Shown: positions 27,175-35,875, counted from the stretch's first letter. The stretch: DNA of 37,352 nt from Sphaeroforma arctica JP610 (GCF_001186125.1 NW_014040475.1:93148-130499), one strand, 5' to 3'. The notes: generated from the letters alone by a model not told the origin. Numbers and translations: made by a program.

Positions 27175-30100
27175 GATGATTCTTCATTGCTAGTAAATCT
27201 ACACATGTTTTGTTTAAGCTTGTAGTTGTATCGTAAATTAAGTTGTTGTTTCGTAATTGTCTTGCATCGAGTGCTTCGGTGGTACGTTTGTCCCCACTTG
27301 ATATACAGGTGATTAAAAATAGGGTCAGATTTCTGTATAATTTGGTCAAAGATACCGCCAAATCTCCACATATTATGGTCAAAGTTAAGGTCAAACCCCA
27401 TACGCACTACATATATACTCTCAAGTCAAATCTCATGCACTTCTCCAGATCTGTGAAGAGCCCCTGCCCGAAAACGAGGCCTGGTGTCTGTCCAAAGATT
27501 CGTACAGACTTCTGCACACCTTCGGCGAGGTGCCCACGCGCATGTTCGTGTCTTCGAACGGCCGCTTGACTTCCCACTCACACAGTATCATCGACGTATG
27601 TGTCGGTTTAGAACTTGGAATCGACCCTTTTGTTTTGTTGTTGTTGTTGTTGATGGGGGCCCGCCCACACTCAGTCGGTTTGGAATTTATTTCCAATTCC
27701 CGAAATATTCTCTGCACTGGATAATTGGGTTTTGAATTGGAGTTTTTAAGTTTGGTATTCAATCCAATCCATCCCCTTGTATTCTAATTCAGTTTGCCTT
27801 TGCATTTGATGCACATTCTATCTATCTCCAGGGTCTCCTTCTCGAGCTAGAACCACGAGAGATAGCCGTTCATGCGCAACTCAACGCGTATTTCGACAAC
27901 GGGCGGGCCGATGGCTATGCACGAACAACCGATATGCAGACACGCATGGACACATACATGCAATCGCTGGCGTGTGTGCCTGATGTGTACTACTTGATGG
28001 GTCTTCCGGATGAAGTGGAGCTGCCATCCTGTGATGTGAGTATATATATTGTATACTGATGTGTGTATGTACATCTATATCTATATCCATATCCATATGT
28101 ATATGTATATGTATATGTATGTATGTGGATATATGTGTGTGTGGCTTGATAGTTTAGTTGAGGTGCCGTACCTCATCGGTCACAAGCCATAGATGTCTAG
28201 TGTTGGCCTGTGTACTTGGATAGATGTGTACATTTTAAATGTACACTGATTGGGTAGAGAGTCCAAAACTATGTATGTGCGTGTCCGAGTCGTGTTGAAA
28301 CAAGCAAGCAACAGTACATTTGCCGGCCGGATCCATTTTAACTCCAAGGAGGTCTGAACCATTTCAACTCCAAGGAGGTCTAAACCATTTTAACTCCAAG
28401 GAGGCCTTAAACTATTTTGACTCCAGGGAGGTCTAAACCATGTGCGATTCACCGCACTCGCTACTCGCTCCATACGTATATAGGACTAGGGTACTTTCTT
28501 TTGAACATGACTCAAGGCTGTAGCCATAGCAACCCTCTTGCTTGGGTCCTTGGTGTCGCCCATACAGTGGTACAATGCCGTTGTCCACTCGCCGTCTATT
28601 GACCGAGTAGCTGGTCACTCTTAGTCCTCCCAACTGTCGTCTTGTCCTCACCGGTTTCCTATAGTGTACACGTGACATGGGAGCCCATTCGTTCGTACGC
28701 ACGCTGCACATATCACATCCTTTATTTGCGCTCTGCTGAACCATGCGAATGCCCCGCCACCACAGATCCGTCTCAATCCCAACGTAGCCATCCAGGGTGA
28801 GCCGATTCCCTCCCCAAGTGCGAGTGCGTCTATACCATCTACGTCACCAAGTGCCAGTGCGCCTGTGCCAAGTGTAGAACCCTCCCCCTCACCCAGTCGG
28901 GATGTGCCTGTTCTAAATATAGACCTGAACAAGGAGATCGAGAATTCCCCCGGACAGACGACCACTGATTCGAGCAGTGTCAATGACGAGTTTACAAGTC
29001 AGACCTCGGCTAACTCTGCTGATGCGAACGAGGATTCGATTGAGTCTCTGGCTATAGCGGCGATAGGTAAGGCTGTATGTAGTGTGATGCTCTGAAAGGA
29101 AGGCAAGTGTATCAAAAGGCGGGTTTGGTGCTTGTTAATTGAATACTTTCAGATGTTCGGAGTGATATATGAGTGGATGGTGTATGTAGCGGGAATCAGG
29201 CCAGCATGTGCAAATGTATTCCTGTGCCACTTCATCCGTGGGCTTAAGTGTGTGTGTGACGTCACCCCGTTTCTTCGGACACTGTCAGATAGGCTATATC
29301 TCGTGTATTATACTGCGTGAATAGACAATTTTTTTCGCATCAGTTCCGGTGCTTTCCTATCAAGCGTGGGCCGAAAGCACCATTTTAACTAATCTAAACC
29401 ACCCAAACGATACCACCTCCTCATCCTTTGGCTTGGCGCAGTGCTAGCCGTGTTATTCCTGGTCAGCGCCCCGTTCGTCGCATTCGGCCTGGCCCGCAAA
29501 TTGAACCGAAGGTGGCTGCGGAAAAATGGACTGGATGGGTATGTGACTTGCACGCCAGGTTTTGAGTCGCGTGACCAGAGTTCAGTGTGCGTTGCGGCAT
29601 CTCAGTCACGTGCTCCGCTTTCTCCAGTAGTGTCGCACGGGTGTGGGTTTGAATCAGATCTGCACGCACACACAGGCATGACATGCGAACATCATATACA
29701 TTGGGAGTCGAACGGTATGTATATGTGCAGCATAGTTAATCCTGTTAGCTTAGGTGCACGCCCTTGACCTCCCTATGGGTATACGTATGCAGGGTATGCC
29801 AATCCTTTTCATACTCGATTTTCAGACTCATTCCTCTATATATATATGTGTGTGTGCGTATGCGTGTGAGTATGTATGTATGTATGTGTGTGGGTGTGTA
29901 AGTATGTGTGTGTGTGTGTGCGTAATTTTGCAGTGATACTTGAGGTGCCTTCACATCATTGCATACACGCCCATTGCCTGAACGTACATATGATACCTTT
30001 GGGGGTGGAGAGGGCTTCTCAGATGTCGGCGTTGACCCTCAACGCGTATGCATGCTTACCATTGTATCCCATCACGCCAACAGGGCGACATCTGCGAGGG

Positions 30101-30234
30101 GTAGCAACGCTAGTACTTTCGATCCCAATTCGTTCGAAAGCACAACTTCGACTACAAATACAGCGACGGCTGTTGATCTCAATCAACGGCCCAGTGACCT
30201 GCCCATGGTTGGCACAAACCAACGGCTGGTTTAG
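5733..30234 (+). CDS. Four-lobed transferrin-like type I membrane protein, 30 exons, about 1725 aa
   Basis: All 29 GT-AG introns close in phase; spliced length 5178 nt. Transferrin-lobe motifs recur four times: AD(F/L) motif; (A/S)C(F/H) followed in three lobes by AG; CA(E/Q)PxxC; (Y/F)xG(Y/L)xGAxxC(L/I), degenerate in lobe 3; GxVAF/SIAF; (L/F/V)P(S/T); lobe-end AC(V/L)P. N-terminal signal peptide [20 protein letters not shown]; hydrophobic [24 protein letters not shown] followed by [10 protein letters not shown]. Confidence 0.88.
6820..7340. repeat. (TA)n/(TG)n microsatellite cluster containing a ~137-bp-period duplication
   Basis: gtcta..tatatgaataccaagtata...attaatattatgagaatacaggtata occurs at ~6992 and ~7129. 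Similar TA/TG tracts occur in most introns. Confidence 0.8.
7701..7943 (+). CDS. Transferrin-like exon 2 (lobe 1)
   Basis: ttccag|T..AG|gtatcg; HYHEILAL...[23 protein letters not shown]. Confidence 0.88.
8946..9153 (+). CDS. Transferrin-like exon 3 (lobe 1)
   Basis: tgtacag|C..GTG|gtgagt; [11 protein letters not shown]...[21 protein letters not shown]. Confidence 0.9.
9661..9680. other. Assembly gap (N run), with scattered ambiguous bases at 9591-9613
   Basis: N characters inside intron 3. Confidence 0.95.
10033..10191 (+). CDS. Transferrin-like exon 4 (lobe 1)
   Basis: cacacag|ACA..CAG|gtacct; [11 protein letters not shown]. Confidence 0.82.
10791..10950 (+). CDS. Transferrin-like exon 5 (end of lobe 1)
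   Basis: ctcggcag|TAC..AATG|gtaggt; YLHSNHGY...[10 protein letters not shown]. Confidence 0.8.
11405..11474. repeat. 35-bp direct repeat, 2 copies
   Basis: ggaccgtgttcgtttgggttg(t/a)cttctatctttgt twice. Confidence 0.85.
11560..11730. repeat. ~33-bp degenerate repeat, 3 copies
   Basis: gg(c/t)aactagagtt(g/a)acactg(g/a)cac at ~11560, ~11594, ~11667. Confidence 0.75.
11812..12002 (+). CDS. Transferrin-like exon 6 (T/A-rich linker, start of lobe 2)
   Basis: gctacag|CC..GAG|gtatag. Acceptor chosen for phase; neighbouring in-phase AGs in the ACAGCC repeats are alternatives. Confidence 0.68.
12864..13002 (+). CDS. Transferrin-like exon 7 (lobe 2)
   Basis: ccgcag|TTT..GCAG|gtaggt; [21 protein letters not shown]. 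Confidence 0.85.
13311..13406 (+). CDS. Transferrin-like exon 8 (lobe 2)
   Basis: tcgtcag|GT..CCAG|gtgagt; DYYHRHQAW...EACFP. Confidence 0.82.
13846..13935 (+). CDS. Transferrin-like exon 9 (lobe 2)
   Basis: ctatag|GA..ACCA|gtaagt; [18 protein letters not shown]. Confidence 0.8.
14308..14443 (+). CDS. Transferrin-like exon 10 (lobe 2)
   Basis: tgtacag|TC..AAC|gtatgt; [11 protein letters not shown]...[11 protein letters not shown]. Confidence 0.88.
15032..15167 (+). CDS. Transferrin-like exon 11 (lobe 2)
   Basis: tttgcag|A..GAG|gtgaat; [11 protein letters not shown]...WCLAEDEY. Confidence 0.85.
15732..15907 (+). CDS. Transferrin-like exon 12 (lobe 2)
   Basis: ctcgcag|TTT..CAG|gtgtgt; FPSNAIIY. 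Confidence 0.82.
16346..16550 (+). CDS. Transferrin-like exon 13 (end of lobe 2, start of lobe 3)
   Basis: ctacag|C..CGG|gtgtgt; KNVACVPG...DDPIRFAYY. The donor could be a few codons earlier in the same phase. Confidence 0.8.
17452..17521 (+). CDS. Transferrin-like exon 14 (lobe 3)
   Basis: gtctcag|GCC..CCAG|gtgtgt; [20 protein letters not shown]. Confidence 0.8.
17597..17912. repeat. 21-bp minisatellite, about 15 copies, in intron 14
   Basis: Unit GAAG(T/A)ACTTGAA(A/G)TTGT(T/C)AAA. Confidence 0.92.
18114..18600. repeat. Degenerate ~20-bp AT-rich repeat arranged as a ~230-bp higher-order duplication
   Basis: atatcttagtacctgttatg(c/t)cgtag..acatactatatcttaaaa at ~18114 and ~18344; many tatc(t/c)tagtac units. 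Confidence 0.8.
18820..19010. repeat. 51-bp tandem repeat, about 3.5 copies
   Basis: aagca..ct.tacctggaatacgttttccaatct at 18849, 18900, 18951. Confidence 0.88.
19076..19164 (+). CDS. Transferrin-like exon 15 (lobe 3)
   Basis: tacacag|CC..GAG|gtatgg; [20 protein letters not shown]. Confidence 0.8.
19469..19692 (+). CDS. Transferrin-like exon 16 (lobe 3)
   Basis: ttccag|GTG..TT|gtgagt; [19 protein letters not shown]...QCAQPELC. Confidence 0.88.
20512..20614 (+). CDS. Transferrin-like exon 17 (lobe 3)
   Basis: tttatag|G..TTG|gtgtgt; CQSSQLDD...ASALQCL. Confidence 0.78.
21247..21310 (+). CDS. Transferrin-like exon 18 (lobe 3)
   Basis: tgccag|TAC..ACGC|gtaagt; [12 protein letters not shown]. 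Confidence 0.8.
22011..22490. repeat. 78-bp tandem repeat, 6 copies, abutting the exon 19 acceptor
   Basis: Unit starts (a/g)tggtgtg at 22011, 22089, 22167, 22245, 22323, 22401; partial seventh unit at 22481. Confidence 0.92.
22504..22643 (+). CDS. Transferrin-like exon 19 (lobe 3)
   Basis: ttctacag|CC..GAG|gtacat; [10 protein letters not shown]. Confidence 0.82.
23383..23553 (+). CDS. Transferrin-like exon 20 (end of lobe 3)
   Basis: cccgcag|GAG..CTG|gtatgt; [10 protein letters not shown]. Confidence 0.83.
24085..24103. other. Assembly gap (N run)
   Basis: N characters inside a duplicated copy of the exon 21 acceptor. Confidence 0.95.
24200..24335 (+). CDS. Transferrin-like exon 21 (start of lobe 4)
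   Basis: ttcacag|GGT..TCAG|gtatgg; EPTC...EPIRFAYV. Confidence 0.82.
24846..25042 (+). CDS. Transferrin-like exon 22 (lobe 4)
   Basis: gtcacag|GT..GTG|gtaagt; [16 protein letters not shown]. Confidence 0.87.
25237..25378. repeat. ~62-bp direct repeat, 2 copies
   Basis: ttccctct(a/t)cctacctc(a/g)cttggtagcct...ttactaccatagtgctt(a/c)ggctcattt twice. Confidence 0.85.
25404..25508 (+). CDS. Transferrin-like exon 23 (lobe 4)
   Basis: gccacag|CTT..GCG|gtatgt; [17 protein letters not shown]. Confidence 0.86.
26088..26241 (+). CDS. Transferrin-like exon 24 (lobe 4)
   Basis: ggtacag|ATT..GATG|gtaagt; [15 protein letters not shown]. Confidence 0.86.
26490..26630. repeat. ~60-bp degenerate tandem repeat
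   Basis: tcaacgtctt at ~26490, ~26555, ~26614 with similar spacers. Confidence 0.65.
26935..27041 (+). CDS. Transferrin-like exon 25 (lobe 4)
   Basis: tgtacag|GC..CAG|gtatgt; [21 protein letters not shown]. Confidence 0.9.
27449..27595 (+). CDS. Transferrin-like exon 26 (lobe 4)
   Basis: tctccag|ATC..GAC|gtatgt; WCLSKDSY...[10 protein letters not shown]. Confidence 0.85.
27832..28035 (+). CDS. Transferrin-like exon 27 (end of lobe 4)
   Basis: tctccag|GGT..GAT|gtgagt; [10 protein letters not shown]. Confidence 0.84.
28333..28441. repeat. 26-bp tandem repeat, 4 copies
   Basis: Units close to ccattttaactccaaggaggtctaaa. Confidence 0.88.
28766..29066 (+). CDS. Transferrin-like exon 28 (S/P/T-rich stalk, start of TM helix)
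   Basis: ccacag|ATC..ATAG|gtaagg; [17 protein letters not shown]...ESLAIAAI. Confidence 0.8.
29442..29538 (+). CDS. Transferrin-like exon 29 (TM helix and basic stop-transfer)
   Basis: ggcgcag|TG..GG|gtatgt; [28 protein letters not shown]. Confidence 0.8.
30084..30234 (+). CDS. Transferrin-like exon 30 (cytoplasmic tail, stop)
   Basis: ccaacag|[25 protein letters not shown]...NQRLV*; phase-2 compatible. Confidence 0.68.
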
Positions 30235-31572
30235 TTCTGGACCTCCCCTAACAACTCTTCTGTTGGAGGGCAACGCAGGTACTCAGTCCAAGGTACCGCA
30301 ATCGTATTGCGGCCGTGGATAGGCCAGGAATTTAGCCGACAGTAGCGCTGAGCTGAAGTGGCAGACAAAACACGAAGCGTGTGTAAGTCCTGTCTGTCTG
30401 TACCCCCTCAAGACATGGATGTGTATTATTTTCCCGCACGCACTTCTCAACACGGTCTTTTAAATTCACGTTCCAAAGTGCGCCCTGGGCCTGAGGATAG
30501 TGTATCGACCAGGTTTGGGCTCCAAATATTCCGATTAAACTGGTTGGCAAGCGGGCAGCCCATTCGCTTTACCTGCGCATACGTAATGCGAGAAATCTTC
30601 GGTGCTTGCGCACTCGATAATAAAGAATTCTAATCGAGAGGGAGCGATACAATCTGGCGGTGTTGGTCTTCATCGCCATATTTTGTGCTCATCAAATCAG
30701 GTGGCTATATTACAGTACATGATAAATCGACCTCGATTTATATGAACAAAGCCTATAGGTACATTGATGTGGCGTCATTACGTGCATCTTTAAGTGATTA
30801 GACCCGCTGACAACGCATATTTTGCTTGTGGTTGATATCCAAGCAGCGGCCTCGCAACAAAAACTTTAGTAACCATCCGCGGAAAGCCCCATAGTGACAA
30901 TAGCATTGTTTCTCTACATTGATCCCAAGAGCTTGCACATTGATATGAAAGTTAGTAGTTTAATGAAAGATAGTAGTTTATCCAGCATATATACTGGCGA
31001 TCAAACTCGATGATTCGAGAGAGCGTCACAGAACGGGAACCCATTTGCATCCATTTGTTCCACGTGCAGTCCGTTTCCGCCGGATATCGCGAAGGGGTAG
31101 GTCAAAAAGAAATATATACATGCACGAAAACGGCCCTGATATTCAAAGATACGACAGTCTGACTCACTCGAACAGCAAAAAAGATAAAAATGCTGTGCTA
31201 TAACCTATATAGTTTTGTTGCCTAAAAATCTACTCTAGACACTGATACGTGCTTAATGAAAAGGCAAAAGTGCCTCATACTTGGGCCACAGTTGGTGGTG
31301 ACTTTATACTTGTCCCAACTACGTGTGTACGCGTTTCACAGTATATCACTCGTAGCTGGTGCGATATTCAGATGTAGCAACACAGTATTCACAAATTGTG
31401 ACAATAGTCCTAAGATATACCGGCGAAAGAATTGTAGCGATCGCCTCGAAGTGTGTACCAATATTTAATTAACTATGTCACATTGAATTATATTAATCTA
31501 AGGTTTCTCTCGTCTGTAAGGTAAGCAACGGCCGTGCTTGTATACAGACGTAAATTATGACAACGACACCCT

Positions 31573-33489
31573 CTAAAGGGGCAGGGCCAAAGACAGTCCT
31601 GTCATCGCAATTAAAACAATAGTGGAAGATGATACGTTTCCGGCGGCGTTGGTATTGGCAACGTCATCGGATCCCTGCACATCTCCACTGGCTGTGATAC
31701 TGGCAGGACCTTGGCCGTCTTGACTAGGATCTGAGTCATCTTGGACACTAGTATTGCCATCCGTGGTGGTCTGTCTGCGACGACGACGACGACTGGGGGC
31801 ACTTGCTCCGTCTGTTTCGTATGAAACGTCAACTAACAAGCGGAGATCGAATCCTGTTGTTTTGCCCAAGCCTGGGTTTGCAAATTTGGGATGGACAGCG
31901 TCGGAGATCAAATATCGAATCAAGAAAGTCTGGTCCACCACACACAAGCCCAGCTCTGGACATCTGAGTTCTCCTTCGTATGTGGTCGCAGCATCAAATG
32001 GATTGGGATCAGCGATAGTAACTCTGGTTGCAGTATAGTCAATGTCAGGAACCAGGGCTCCAGTCACTTTCGGGTAAGTTGATCCAAGGGTATCAGCCCA
32101 ATCGTCCTCGGGTTCCAAATTGCTCTCTCGTGCCTGACTTGAAATGATGGTCACTGCGGTGACATCCAGTTTACTAAAATCTACACGAGCATATGCGAAC
32201 TGGCCGAATTCTATAGCCGTGATAGGTGTATCAGCTGAGGGTTTAGTGGTAGTTACACCGGTGACGAGGTCCACTATATCATAAGTACCGTCCAAACGCT
32301 GTCTGTTCTCCGGGTCAACGAAGATAAATTGATCGATCGCAACTGCGCTTTCGATGAGTACCGCTTCTGCATTCTCTCCACAGAAGTTATCGGAAGATAA
32401 CACGAACTCAATTGTAGTGTCTCTGTTTTGTTGATTGATAGGACACTCTGCCTCCGGTAGAGATTTGTAACAATCGATCACGACATCTGTAATAGTATAT
32501 GTACCATCTAAAGTGCACTGTCCGTGCACGAGCTCGATATTAGCAATCTTGGCACACCCGTTGTTAGCTAGAGCATAGTCTTCTGCTACACAATCCTCCA
32601 TGTCGATATACGTGCCACTGTTAGCACTGAGACCGCAAGCGCCCCCGCCGTTTGGTTGTTCGCAAATAAATGCTTGGTTTAGCGTGCCGCCTGTGTTTGC
32701 TAACACAGGGTTCATCGTCAGCACGGAATAAGGTTTGCTAAGCACATATGTGAGAGTAAGATGAGACGCAGAAGCTCCCTCGTTGATGGCCTGAGCCGTT
32801 AAAGCTGTGTCGATCACAAATGGCGAATACACCTTCACTTCTGCTGTTTCAGCTGTCACTCTGTTACGGACCAGAATGCTCGTTGGAATCACTACCATAC
32901 CCGATCGTGTAACGATGTTCGTTGCAACAATCGTGGGCTCTTGGTATTTGAAGACTATTTGCTCTGTATAGTTTGCATACTTGATATCCGGGTCAGATTC
33001 ATGATCGGCCAAGGTATATTCGAAGCCACATGCACCCCTCAAATCGGTAAGTTTCATTGTGAATGTTATTTCATCCAAACAGCCAGGATTGGCACTTAAA
33101 TCAGGCACACTTGTTTGAACGAAAGACTCTAAGTTGGCTCCGTTAAGACATGTGCCCACGGAGAACCCGGTGAATATTCGATCGAGCCCGGCCGGCCATT
33201 TTACTGTCCATGAGACATCTCTGTCTCCGACAAGCGTTTGCAAGGTTGTGGACTCTTGAGTAACCAATACTTCCCTCGGCTTATCAATTGCATTATTGTA
33301 ACTGGGACACAAATTGTAGTCCGGAAGAGGATCTGTCTGCGCGTTGCAGGTTGCGCCCATATAGGTAGAGTCGCACAGACACGTTTCAGTCGCAACGCCA
33401 GTAAGTTCAAAGCTGGTTGCTGCACAGGCTGCAGATATGATCCCAAAGACAGACACTCCGGTCGCCAAGACTAATTGCAAGTACTTCAT
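31573..33489 (-). CDS. Intronless secreted Cys-rich protein, probably convertase-cleaved and GPI-anchored; function unknown
   Basis: 638-codon ORF. Signal peptide MKYLQLVLATGVSVFGIISAACAA; EGF-type loop CLCDSTYMGATC; RRRRRR at 31774-31791; C-terminus NAAGNVSSSTIVLIAMTGLSLALPL* has small residues then a hydrophobic tail and no cytoplasmic part. Confidence 0.9.
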   Translation of the reverse strand: MKYLQLVLATGVSVFGIISAACAATSFELTGVATETCLCDSTYMGATCNAQTDPLPDYNLCPSYNNAIDKPREVLVTQESTTLQTLVGDRDVSWTVKWPAGLDRIFTGFSVGTCLNGANLESFVQTSVPDLSANPGCLDEITFTMKLTDLRGACGFEYTLADHESDPDIKYANYTEQIVFKYQEPTIVATNIVTRSGMVVIPTSILVRNRVTAETAEVKVYSPFVIDTALTAQAINEGASASHLTLTYVLSKPYSVLTMNPVLANTGGTLNQAFICEQPNGGGACGLSANSGTYIDMEDCVAEDYALANNGCAKIANIELVHGQCTLDGTYTITDVVIDCYKSLPEAECPINQQNRDTTIEFVLSSDNFCGENAEAVLIESAVAIDQFIFVDPENRQRLDGTYDIVDLVTGVTTTKPSADTPITAIEFGQFAYARVDFSKLDVTAVTIISSQARESNLEPEDDWADTLGSTYPKVTGALVPDIDYTATRVTIADPNPFDAATTYEGELRCPELGLCVVDQTFLIRYLISDAVHPKFANPGLGKTTGFDLRLLVDVSYETDGASAPSRRRRRRQTTTDGNTSVQDDSDPSQDGQGPASITASGDVQGSDDVANTNAAGNVSSSTIVLIAMTGLSLALPL

Positions 33490-35875
33490 GATGTCATATG
33501 AGGCTATGTTTGAAACTCACAGTTGGATTGCATTTGCTGAAAATCAGACGGATTTGCTGCATTTTATACAATTACTTGTACATTATTTATATCGATCGCG
33601 AGTTACCTGTGAAACGTTGCTCGTTTACAAAATGTCGCACTCTTCAGTGTGTGAAGCGCGTCTCGATTGGTTCGACCACAGTTAATTCTCTTTTTAAAAA
33701 AGGTACAAGTTTTTTTTTAGTTCTCGAAGAGTCGAAGATCAATTGAATACTTTTTGCTTCTGTTTTGTTTAAAAAAAAACTAATATTGTATCATGCAGTT
33801 TCATACACAAAAATGTCTTATTTATTTTAACAAAATACAGTAAATATTTACATATTTTGGTTTCGTTTGTTTTTTTAAAACAAACTGGTGTACCATACTT
33901 AGACAGTATTTATGTACTATGTACTATGTATTTATGTCCATGTGGTATGAACATATATAAATAACTTTTTTTTGTTATAGAAATTTATATAAAATACATG
34001 TTTTTAAATTTTTCTGTTGTTTATGTCGAAGAAAATACGAGAGGAAATAAACGTATTTGTTTTTGTTTTGTTTTAAATAAAAATACAAAAAAAACAATAA
34101 ACTATACTTTGTATTTACTCATTATCGCATTTTCTTATTTTTAAATTTCATAAGCCCCCTGTGAAATGAAAACACGATCATTTTTGATTTTTCCTGAATT
34201 TTATCGTACGAGCTTGCCGTGTTTGATACATAAAAATTTACAATTGGGAATTGAGAACCCTTCGTGTCGCAGGATTCTTTTGGAAAATGTAGCTTGGTTT
34301 ACTTGAGGAAATATATTTTTTAAAACAAACCAATTTTCAGATGAACATGTGTTTTGTGTGTATTTTATTTTTATAAAAAGCACTCGGTTTAACAATTTGG
34401 GCAGTGGTATGATGCGTAGAAATCTAATTTTGTTTTCAAAATAAAACAAAGTGTATGAAATTATGAATAGCTAACCTTAGGGACGAATTCCCGAATTTCG
34501 ATTCCCCCCGTAGTGAGCGTAGCTCGTACATAAACGTATTGAATTCTGAATGAATGTGGGAGGAGCAAGAGGACGCAAATTCCAAATTCCAAATTCTAGG
34601 ATTCCCGACTTCAGAAGTTCAGACTTCAGTCTTCAAGGGCTTGTCCCGGCCTAATATTGAGTTGTCAGTTGTCAGTTGTCAGTGAATTGATTTGTGACTG
34701 TGAGTCTGTGTCAGTGTGACTAATACGACTATGTATTTACAATAGTCTGAGAGTTAAAAACTGTGCTGAGAGGGACTGGGAGTGCGAGTGTGAGACTGTG
34801 ACTGTGAGTCCTGTGAGAGTTGACTCAGTTTGTCGAGGTATTTTTTATTGGGGTTTTTTTTAGATACGTAAAAGTGCATAGCCTTCTGAAAATCGAATAT
34901 TTTTTTAAAATAGAAGAAGGCTATGAAAAGTGCCATACAAAAACAGATTTTGATATGTATCAGTTGATCCAGTTCATATTCCATAGCCTTCTGAAAATAG
35001 AACATCAGAAAGCTAAATATGTATGAACAGTTAGTTTTTTTTTAATCAAAATAATACATGTGTACAGTCATAGACTCATAGACTCATTGACTTTGTCTAT
35101 ACGACACCTGTCACTAACGTGCCTAAAGTCGCATCCGGTCCATTCGCAAAGGTAGGGTCGATATTTATGGGCCCACGTAAGGCGACTTTGACCAAGTACC
35201 GAACTATTAAGCGTGTACACTTGCAAAAAAAATCTTACAACAGTCCAAGTATTAGTTTTCGGTACCTATTCACGCCTCAGACTAGAGAGAGCCAAAGTTC
35301 TGTTTTGAACCTGTGAGCGTTGAATTCGTGGATCCATACTTCTGAAAATTATTCATAAAAAAATATCGTTTCATAGATTATACAAGAAATTTTTTTTAAA
35401 AGAAGGCTATGTAAAATATGACCGTTTGGTTTGCACAATAGCAACTGTAGTTCAACAATGTTGAATTTTAAATTTGGTTTTGTCCCGTTCTGTTGTAAAT
35501 TTCAGATCCAAGGGATTTTGTCCTGTTCTGTGATTTCATTTAACCGCAATTTGTTTTTAAAAACATAATAATTTCAGAACAAAATTCCCTCGGTTCATAC
35601 ACATAGGAATACTAGGGCTCGGGCGTTAATAGTTTAATATAGCGGCGGGTCACGGGTGTCGTCGTATAGACAAAGTCTATACATATTTATTCATAGTAGA
35701 AGAAATCACGGGTAGAGAGAGCTCTGGATAGAGACTTTATTTTTAGTCTCTGGTGAACAATATGAAGTAATAAATCTACGATTTCCGCTAACTCATAAAT
35801 GTCATACATAATAGAGGTCAGAAGCCAGAAGTCCGGAAGCCGGAAGGCCGTGAAAAAACGCCCTTTATTTATTTA

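Noticed and set aside
11982..27852. Peptide GLLLELE occurs at the end of exon 6 and the start of exon 27
   Set aside because: Non-homologous lobe positions, different codons, low complexity.
30235..30633. Open frames after the transferrin-like stop (readthrough or separate ORF)
   Set aside because: No readthrough context or protein features; treated as probable 3' UTR.
33471..33487. Gene 3 start (gaagtacttgcaatt on the minus strand) resembles the 21-bp unit (gaagtacttgaaatt)
   Set aside because: Short AT-rich match with no flanking similarity; likely chance.
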